Below are positions 57,707-64,000 of a stretch of 64,000 nucleotides of DNA, piece by piece; the stretch's first letter is position 1, and each line of letters opens with the position of its first letter. A model generated the notes under the pieces. The model saw only the letters and a list, made by a program, of their open reading frames with translations, was not told the origin of the DNA and did no database searches. The translations under genes were made by a program, and so were the position numbers. The DNA is from an uncultured Dehalococcoidia bacterium (lineage in GTDB: Bacteria > Chloroflexota > Dehalococcoidia > Lucifugimonadales > UBA2962), in NCBI GenBank assembly GCA_964637315.1, contig CAZWTT010000002.1:129667-193666 (forward strand), written 5' to 3'.

Positions 57707-58051
57707 ATGGCAAACTCCATTCCTGGCACCACCCAGGCTCGCCTGTCGAGCTTCCTCGGAGACCGACTCTCCCCGTCGCGTTCTACCGTCCGCGCTCTTC
57801 ATCGCGAGGTCACGGTTTGTTACGCGTACATGTGCACGTATGCGTACGCCTGTGACCAAAAGTCGGAGCGGCAGTCCAAGGTGCTCCTGCGACGCTGCAT
57901 GCGCTACATGCCGCAGGAGATGCGGGCCACCCCCGCCGTCTCCGATATGGCCCTCGACCTTCTGGCTACCCGTCGCGAGGCGGGCGACCGTGTTTCGACC
58001 GAGGCCGGGCTCCTGTTGGACCGGGTCAGGCCCAAAGGGCCCCTGCGCTAG
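57707..58051 (+). CDS. Hypothetical small protein (114 aa), no recognisable family
   Basis: Third-codon-position GC is high in this frame (about 70-85% by hand count), as in neighbouring genes. No SD. Contains the odd segment VCYAYMCTYAYAC. Confidence 0.3.
   Translation: MANSIPGTTQARLSSFLGDRLSPSRSTVRALHREVTVCYAYMCTYAYACDQKSERQSKVLLRRCMRYMPQEMRATPAVSDMALDLLATRREAGDRVSTEAGLLLDRVRPKGPLR
57821..57849. repeat. 29-nt perfectly alternating pyrimidine-purine tract
   Basis: tacgcgtacatgtgcacgtatgcgtacgc. Every step alternates Y/R, and it contains overlapping palindromes ACGCGT, ACATGT, GTGCAC and GCGTAC x2. Confidence 0.9.
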
Positions 58052-58163
58052 CTGCGTTCTCCGCTCACTTCGTTCTCTTCAGGCTCTTGGTGCAAGCGCT
58101 CATCGCTTTTCCAACGCGTGGTTAATGCCGTCTTTCCCACTCACAGTCGCTGGATCTAGCGGT

Positions 58164-58192
58164 TTGCCGGGTACCCCGAGCTGATATATTAT
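58164..58192 (+). promoter_or_regulatory. Putative promoter of the amidohydrolase operon
   Basis: TTGCCG (58164-69), 17 nt spacer, TATTAT (58187-92). The -10 plus the following 8 nt are identical to the btu promoter. Confidence 0.35.
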
Positions 58193-58257
58193 CCGTCCCG
58201 AAACGCCCCGAACCATGGGGCCAAATCCCTGAAACATGAGGGCGGAGCACACATCTT

Positions 58258-59436
58258 TTGACCGATCTCCTTCTTAGGGGCGGGCGGGTATACGACCCGG
58301 CCCGAGGCATCTCCAACGGGGCCCTCGACGTCGCCGTCTCGGGAGACCGCATCTCTGAAGTGGCGGCGGGAATCGACCCGTCGCTCTTCGAAACGGTTGT
58401 CGATGTCCCGGGAAAGATAATCGCCCCCGGCCTGATCGACTTGCACGCTCACGTCTACCATGGTTTCAACCCCACCGGCGTCCATCCCGACGTGGCCGGT
58501 GTCGGCTCCGGCGTAACAACGGTGGTGGACGGCGGTAGCGGAGGCCCGGCCAATTTCGGTGGCTTTCCCGCGTACGTGGTGCCTGCATCGAAGACTAGGG
58601 TGCTATGCATGGTTAATGTGGGCCAAAACGGCCTCTCCACCATGCCCGAGATTTGCTCGGCTGCCGATATTGACGTGGAGGCGACCGCCGCGACCGTGCG
58701 CGATAACAGGCCGCTGACGCAGGGTGTCAAGATACGGGCCATCGGGCCCGCTGTCCTATCCGACGGCATCGAGATCGTCAGGCTGGCGAGGCGAGCGGCA
58801 GCCGAATCCCGGAGTCGCCTCATGGTCCACATCGGCGAGTTGTACCACGACGGCCCCACGCTGACACGCGAGCTGCTTCCCATTCTCGAGCCCGGCGACA
58901 TCCTCACCCACTCGTTCACTCCGAACCCTGGTCGCGTTCTTGACGAAGGCGGCACAGTGTTGCCCGAGCTCTTGGACGCACAGGAGCGCGGCGTGACGCT
59001 GGACACTGCGTTCGGACGCTTCAATTTTGGCTTCGACGTCGCCCGTCGGGCGCTGGACCAGAGCGTCAGGCCGGACACCATCGCCACCGACATCACCATG
59101 CCCGGAAGGCTGGAGTCGGTTTTCAGCATGACGGAGATGCTGACCCGTTTCCTCGCCTTGGGCTTCTCCCTGGACGACGTGATCGCCATGACCACCGTCA
59201 ATTCCGCTCGCGCCTTGGACTTGCAGGACACTCTCGGTAGTTTGGAGCCGGGACGCGAAGCGGACGTCAGCGTGTTGGAGGCGGTCTCGGGCGACTGGAC
59301 CGTGACCGACGTAAAGGGCAAGTCCCTGCGCACCGACGTCGCCCTCAGACCGGCCCTCACCGTTCGGGCCGGAGAGGCCATCATCCCTGATTGGGGCCCC
59401 CATCCCTGGGGATTCCTACCTCAAGAAGTCTCGTAA
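58258..59436 (+). CDS. Amidohydrolase-superfamily metallohydrolase (dihydroorotase/deacylase-like)
   Basis: N-terminal LLLRGGRVYDP...APGLIDLHAHVY (HxH metal motif). TTG start. Confidence 0.8.
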   Translation: MTDLLLRGGRVYDPARGISNGALDVAVSGDRISEVAAGIDPSLFETVVDVPGKIIAPGLIDLHAHVYHGFNPTGVHPDVAGVGSGVTTVVDGGSGGPANFGGFPAYVVPASKTRVLCMVNVGQNGLSTMPEICSAADIDVEATAATVRDNRPLTQGVKIRAIGPAVLSDGIEIVRLARRAAAESRSRLMVHIGELYHDGPTLTRELLPILEPGDILTHSFTPNPGRVLDEGGTVLPELLDAQERGVTLDTAFGRFNFGFDVARRALDQSVRPDTIATDITMPGRLESVFSMTEMLTRFLALGFSLDDVIAMTTVNSARALDLQDTLGSLEPGREADVSVLEAVSGDWTVTDVKGKSLRTDVALRPALTVRAGEAIIPDWGPHPWGFLPQEVS

Positions 59437-59455
59437 TCGTCCCTGACAGAGCCCA

Positions 59456-60244
59456 ATGAGCCAGGACATTCTGGTCAACGTCGCCGACGGGGTCGCCACC
59501 GTGACCCTGAACCGGCCGGACAAGCGCAACGCCATCGACTACCTTGGCTGGCTCGAGCTCCGACGCATCGCTGAGGACCTGGAGCGCGATCAAGACGTGC
59601 GCGTGGTTGTCATTACCGGCGCCGGGGACAGGGCCTTTTCGGCCGGGGCCAATATTGCCGACTTCGACGAGTACCGCAGCGACAGCAATAAGGCCAAGGT
59701 CTACGCAGCGGCGTTCGAGGGCGCGATGGACGCCATTGAGGCGATAATCAAGCCAACCATCTGCCTCATCAAGGGCTTTTGCATCGGTGGGGGCTGCGAG
59801 CTGTCGATGTCCGCTGACCTGCGCTTCGCCGCCGATAATTCCAGCTTCGGCATCCCCGTGGCCCATTTGGGTATCCTCATCGGCTACGCGGAGATGTCCC
59901 GGCTCCTACGCCTTGTCGGTCCCGGCAACGCCGCCAATATCCTGTACACTGGCCGCACGTTTGGCCCGGACGAAGCCCTACGTATGGGACTGGTCAACGA
60001 GGTTTACCCTCTCGATTACATCGACGACTTTGTGCACGAGTTGGCCATGGCGATGGTGCCGCTCGCGCCCCTGTCACAGGTTCGCCACAAGCGCATCATG
60101 CGAACGGTTCTGCAAAACCCGGGCCTGCGTGATTTGAGCCCTGAACAGTTGCAGTTGCCCTTCCAGAACTTCGACTCCGAGGATTTCCGAGAAGGGCGAG
60201 CGGCCTTCCTTCAAAAGCGCAAGCCGGAGTTCCGAGGAAGATGA
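59456..60244 (+). CDS. Enoyl-CoA hydratase/isomerase (crotonase) family
   Basis: VATVTLNRPDKRNA, ITGAGDRAFSAGANI and GFCIGGGCELSMSADLRFA. Confidence 0.85.
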   Translation: MSQDILVNVADGVATVTLNRPDKRNAIDYLGWLELRRIAEDLERDQDVRVVVITGAGDRAFSAGANIADFDEYRSDSNKAKVYAAAFEGAMDAIEAIIKPTICLIKGFCIGGGCELSMSADLRFAADNSSFGIPVAHLGILIGYAEMSRLLRLVGPGNAANILYTGRTFGPDEALRMGLVNEVYPLDYIDDFVHELAMAMVPLAPLSQVRHKRIMRTVLQNPGLRDLSPEQLQLPFQNFDSEDFREGRAAFLQKRKPEFRGR

Positions 60245-61443
60245 ACGCCGGTGCGTTGGATGGGGTAAATATCCTCGACTGCACGCAGATACTGGCGGGT
60301 CCGTTTTGCACCATGCTGCTCGGCGACATGGGCGCCGACGTGGTCAAGATCGAAAAGCCGTCCGGTGGAGACGACACTCGCCGCATGGGGCCGCCATTCG
60401 TCGACGATACCGCCGCGGCGTTCCTCATGGTCAACCGCAACAAGCGCTCCATCGCCCTCAACCTCAAGTCCCCCGATGGCATCGCCGTCTTTCGCCGGCT
60501 GGTCGAATGGGCCGACGTTCTTGTCGAGAACCTCAGGCCCAGTGCCATGACCAAGCTCGGTCTCGGCTACGACGACTTGAAGGGCAACAATCCCAAGCTC
60601 GTGTATTGCAGCATCTCCGGTTTCGGTGCCACCGGCCCGTACAAAGACCGGGCGGGTTTCGACCTGGTCGCCCAGGGCATGAGCGGTCACATGAGTTTTA
60701 CGGGCCACCCCGACTCGGCTCCGGTGAAGGTGAGTGCGCCGATCACCGACCTGAATGCCGGAATGTTCGCCGTCTACGGCATCCTCAGTGCTTACATCCA
60801 CGCCCTACGCACAGGGGAGGGTCAGTACATCGACACCTCCCTCATCGAGAGCGGCATTGCCTACACCGTGTGGGAGTCCGCCGGACTATGGGTGGACGGC
60901 GACGTGCCCGGCCCCGTGGGCTCGCGTCACCGCATGACCGCCCCCTACCAGGCATACAGTACCGCCGACGGTCATGTGAACGTGGGCGTGGCCAACCAGA
61001 ATACCTGGGCGCGGTTTTGTGATGCGATTGCTCGGCCGGACATGCGTGATGACCCGCGCTTTTCCAACAACGCCGACCGTGTGCGCAACCTCCGGTTGCT
61101 CAGGACCGAGATCGAGCGCACGCTGGGTAATAAGTCCACGGCCGAGTGGTGTGAAGTTTTCACGTACAAGGATGTGCCGTCCGGCCCCATCTACAATCTC
61201 GCTCAGGTCTACGGAGACGAGCATGTCAAGGCTCGCGGCATGGAGATGGACATCGACCACCCGACCCTCGGCCCAATCAAGAACGTCGGTCCGGCGACCA
61301 AGCTGTCCGCGACACCGGTCGTATTGCGCCGCCCTCCCCCGGACCTCGGTCAACACACCGACTCCGTACTAACGCAGATGGGATTTTCGAACGAAGAGAT
61401 TGCCGCCATGCGAGAATCGGGGGCGGTGGGAGCGCGCGCATGA
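60241..61443 (+). CDS. Family III CoA-transferase (CaiB/BaiF)
   Basis: LDGVNILDCTQILAGPFCTMLLGDMGADVVKIEKPSGGDDTR. The start overlaps the crotonase stop (ATGA). Confidence 0.85.
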   Translation: MNAGALDGVNILDCTQILAGPFCTMLLGDMGADVVKIEKPSGGDDTRRMGPPFVDDTAAAFLMVNRNKRSIALNLKSPDGIAVFRRLVEWADVLVENLRPSAMTKLGLGYDDLKGNNPKLVYCSISGFGATGPYKDRAGFDLVAQGMSGHMSFTGHPDSAPVKVSAPITDLNAGMFAVYGILSAYIHALRTGEGQYIDTSLIESGIAYTVWESAGLWVDGDVPGPVGSRHRMTAPYQAYSTADGHVNVGVANQNTWARFCDAIARPDMRDDPRFSNNADRVRNLRLLRTEIERTLGNKSTAEWCEVFTYKDVPSGPIYNLAQVYGDEHVKARGMEMDIDHPTLGPIKNVGPATKLSATPVVLRRPPPDLGQHTDSVLTQMGFSNEEIAAMRESGAVGARA

Positions 61444-61754
61444 AGGAGGCGCAGCGTCGGGTCGCCGAGTTCGTGCACGTCCACGACCTGAGCGCCGGTG
61501 TGGAGACGCGACTGCTCGACCTGATGTCCGAGGTAGGCGAGCTGGCGAAAGAGGGCCTGAAGGGCTCGGACTACGGCAGCGTTGCGATGCTGCCAACCAG
61601 CGAGTGGTCCTCCGAGATGGGTGATGTGATCTACTCGATCATCGCTTTAGCCAACGAGACCGGCGTCGACCTGGAGACGGCGCTCGACTCCGCCCTCGCG
61701 AAATACCGCGCCCGCATCGCCGAACGCGACGACCCCGGCTCCGACGAAGCCTAG
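61440..61754 (+). CDS. MazG-like nucleotide pyrophosphohydrolase domain protein
   Basis: 104 aa. LMSEVGELAKE...EMGDVIYSIIALANETGVDLE (EExxE/D-type helices). The start overlaps the CoA-transferase stop. Confidence 0.65.
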   Translation: MKEAQRRVAEFVHVHDLSAGVETRLLDLMSEVGELAKEGLKGSDYGSVAMLPTSEWSSEMGDVIYSIIALANETGVDLETALDSALAKYRARIAERDDPGSDEA

Positions 61755-61793
61755 CTTCACCAGGGAACGGGAGACTGCGGAGAGTAGCAATCT

Positions 61794-62591
61794 TTGGTGG
61801 AGCCATTCTTCTTGGCCGAGTGGTTGCACATAATCGAGGGCCCCGGGCCCATCGTCGCCACCGCTATCCACGACGGCCACGGGTTGCGGCCCGATGTGGC
61901 CGACCAGATCACCCTGCCCGACGCCGACCGGCTTCGTGAAGAAGATCCACACTCGGCATATTGGACAGAGGCGTTCGACACCCGGCTAGTCTCCGATCGC
62001 TCCCGCTTCGAGATGGACTTGAACCGGACACGTGACGGGGCCGTCTACCGCACCCCCGACGACGCTTGGGGTCTGGATCTGTGGACCCGGCCGTCCAGCG
62101 ACAAGATGACTGCGGCCTCGCTGGCCCAGTACGATCGCTTCTACTCGGAGATGCACCGGATTCTGGACGAAAAGAAACGGCGTCACGGCCGCTTCGTCGT
62201 GCTCGATCTGCACACCTACAACCACCGCAGAGAGGGGCCGGATGCACCGCCTGATGATCCCGCCGCCAATCCGGAAGTGAACGTCGGCACCGGTTCGTTC
62301 GACCGTGAACGATGGGGCCCGCTCGTCGACCGGTTCATGGCCGACATTGCGGGTTTCGACTTTCTCGGTCGAACACTCGACGTGCGAGAGAACGTCCGCT
62401 TCCAGGGAGGCTTTCTATCCCGGTGGGTGCTCTCCAACTACCCGGACAGCGGCTGCTGCCTGGCCATCGAACTGAAGAAGTTCTTCATGGACGAGTGGAC
62501 CGGCGAGCTTCATCGCGCCAAACACGAAGCTATCGGCATAGCCCTGGCCACTGCCAGATCGGGCCTCGTGGAGTCCCTGACAAACTCGTAG
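61794..62591 (+). CDS. N-formylglutamate amidohydrolase (FGase) family protein
   Basis: 265 aa. ...TAIHDGHGLRPDV...SRFEMDLNR...FVVLDLHTYNH... pattern. TTG start. Confidence 0.5.
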   Translation: MVEPFFLAEWLHIIEGPGPIVATAIHDGHGLRPDVADQITLPDADRLREEDPHSAYWTEAFDTRLVSDRSRFEMDLNRTRDGAVYRTPDDAWGLDLWTRPSSDKMTAASLAQYDRFYSEMHRILDEKKRRHGRFVVLDLHTYNHRREGPDAPPDDPAANPEVNVGTGSFDRERWGPLVDRFMADIAGFDFLGRTLDVRENVRFQGGFLSRWVLSNYPDSGCCLAIELKKFFMDEWTGELHRAKHEAIGIALATARSGLVESLTNS

Positions 62592-62658
62592 ATGCCCGAC
62601 GGCGGCCACCATCGTCGAGCGCGCCGGGGTCGTCGAGCCTTCGGTGCAGCTAAGCTGC

Positions 62659-63990
62659 CTAAGCTCTTAAGCGCTGAAGCACCTTGCTGGAGGCGTCGAC
62701 GAAGTCGTCGACTTCGCGCTCGGTCGTCAGCGTGCACATGGCGCCCTGGGCGCGGGCGAACATTAGCACGCCCTCGTTCATCATGCCGGTGTAGAAGGCC
62801 GTCTTGAGGTCCTGATCGCCATGCATCATATCCCGGTAATTGACGATCTCGCTGTCGGTGAAATGGATGCCAAACAGCGACCCGACGCCTGTCGCCTGGC
62901 CGGGCATCTCCAGTTCCCCAAAGACTGCGTTGATCTTGTCCCGTAGCTGATCCCCCAAGCCGTTCATGCGCTCGAAGGCCTCGGGAGTGAGTTGCTTGAG
63001 CGTCTCCTCGCCCGCGACCATCGTTGGCGGGTTGGCGTTGAAGGTGCCGGCGTGGGTGATGGTCGGGTTGTGCTCGTTGTCGTACAGTGCCATCAACTCG
63101 TCCTTGCCACCCCAGGCGCCGATGGGCAGGCCGCCGCCGATGATCTTGCCGAAGGTGGTCACGTCCGGGATCACCCCGTACATCTCCTGCGCCCCGCCGG
63201 TGGCCAATCTAAAGCTCTGCACCTCGTCAAAAATTAACACTATCCCGAGTTCTTCTGTCAGGGTCCTCATACCCTGAAGGAACTCGGGCGTGGCCGCGAT
63301 GTAGCCGAAGTTCGATGCCACCGGCTCCATGATCACCGCCGCTAGTTCATGGGCGTGCTTGCGCACCATCTGCTCGCAGCGGTCCATGTCGTTGAAGGGC
63401 AGGACGATCACGTCGTCGATCACGGACTGGGGCTGGCTGGGCCACTCGGGCACCGCCGTTGTCCCGTCCGGGGCTAGTTTGTCCAGCGGCGTGTATACGC
63501 TGACCGAGACGAACTCGTGGTTGCCGTGGTAGCCGCCCTCGAACTTGGCGAACTTGGTCTTGCCCGTATATGTGCGTGCCATGCGGATGGCGTTCAGCGT
63601 CCCCTCGGTGCCGGAGTTAGTGAAGCGCACCTTGTCCACCGACGGGACCCGGTCCACGATCATCTTCGCTAGTCGCACCTGTGCCTCCGTAGGGGCGGAA
63701 TAGCTGAGGCCCTTGTCGGCTTGGTCTTTTACAGCTTGTACGACGGCCGGGTTGGAATGTCCGACGATGTAGGTGGTGGCGTTGATCATGAAATCCAGGT
63801 AGCGGTTGCCGTCCACGTCGTAGACGTAATGACCTTCGGCCCGGTCGACGAAAAACGGGTAGGGGTCGAAGTAGGCCGTGCCCCTGGAACTCCCTCCTGG
63901 GAGGTATTTACGGGCCTCCGCCTGCAGCTCCTTGGATACTGGGTGGTTGGTGGTATAGGTTGCCGCCTCGCGGCTAATCGCGTCAGTCAT
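62659..63990 (-). CDS. Class III (glutamate-1-semialdehyde aminomutase-like) aminotransferase
   Basis: 443 aa. GGSSRG..., FTNSGTEGTLNAIRMAR, LIFDEVQSFR and TTFGKIIGGGLPIGAWGG (PLP-lysine region). Confidence 0.85.
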   Translation of the reverse strand: MTDAISREAATYTTNHPVSKELQAEARKYLPGGSSRGTAYFDPYPFFVDRAEGHYVYDVDGNRYLDFMINATTYIVGHSNPAVVQAVKDQADKGLSYSAPTEAQVRLAKMIVDRVPSVDKVRFTNSGTEGTLNAIRMARTYTGKTKFAKFEGGYHGNHEFVSVSVYTPLDKLAPDGTTAVPEWPSQPQSVIDDVIVLPFNDMDRCEQMVRKHAHELAAVIMEPVASNFGYIAATPEFLQGMRTLTEELGIVLIFDEVQSFRLATGGAQEMYGVIPDVTTFGKIIGGGLPIGAWGGKDELMALYDNEHNPTITHAGTFNANPPTMVAGEETLKQLTPEAFERMNGLGDQLRDKINAVFGELEMPGQATGVGSLFGIHFTDSEIVNYRDMMHGDQDLKTAFYTGMMNEGVLMFARAQGAMCTLTTEREVDDFVDASSKVLQRLRA

Positions 63991-64000
63991 CTCTGCTCCG

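Overview
GC-rich (about 60-65% by eye), densely coding bacterial chromosomal window with about 55 protein genes. I found no rRNA, tRNA, CRISPR array, transposase, integrase or recognisable defence genes. The content is housekeeping plus catabolic. Left to right:
- A six-gene minus-strand operon joining a DmpA-family peptidase, a DUF2520 reductase, panB, panC and a thiolase/DUF35 pair.
- A pyruvate-dehydrogenase-type cluster (lpd, E1a, E1b, E2), then thyX.
- An LprG-like lipoprotein with a 14-TM MFS pump.
- An ECF sigma / RskA anti-sigma module followed by a secreted RskA-like protein.
- Two tandem SDR paralogs.
- recF, ligA, a cysteine synthase and gyrB.
- A cobalamin riboswitch driving a btuFCD-like importer, followed by a decayed cobQ stub.
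- An orphan form-II CoxL-like molybdoenzyme with a MoxR/CoxD ATPase. Its CoxE-like VWA partner sits 5.5 kb away on the other strand.
- A TPP enzyme, dinB, two tag paralogs and fmt.
- Two aminotransferases and a branched-chain-type 2-oxoacid dehydrogenase (E1a, E1b, E2, lipB).
- A penicillin-acylase-family Ntn hydrolase.
- Two paralogous giant double-FtsX permeases and two MacB-type ATPases.
- A 0.7 kb poorly explained gap.
- An amidohydrolase / crotonase / CoA-transferase / MazG / FGase operon, with a convergent class-III aminotransferase.

I see no clear-cut novel system. The best candidates for follow-up are:
- The giant FtsX/ABC locus. One permease is split by a single in-frame TAG. One ATPase carries a C-terminal AbrB/SpoVT-like domain. 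A strongly SD-led 25-codon uORF overlaps the first permease start.
- The 57.5-58.3 kb gap, which holds a 29-nt perfectly alternating pyrimidine-purine tract and an operator-like repeat.

The gene content resembles marine Chloroflexota or other high-GC monoderm-like lineages, but taxonomy cannot be determined from this window. All calls rest on motif recognition by eye. No searches were run.
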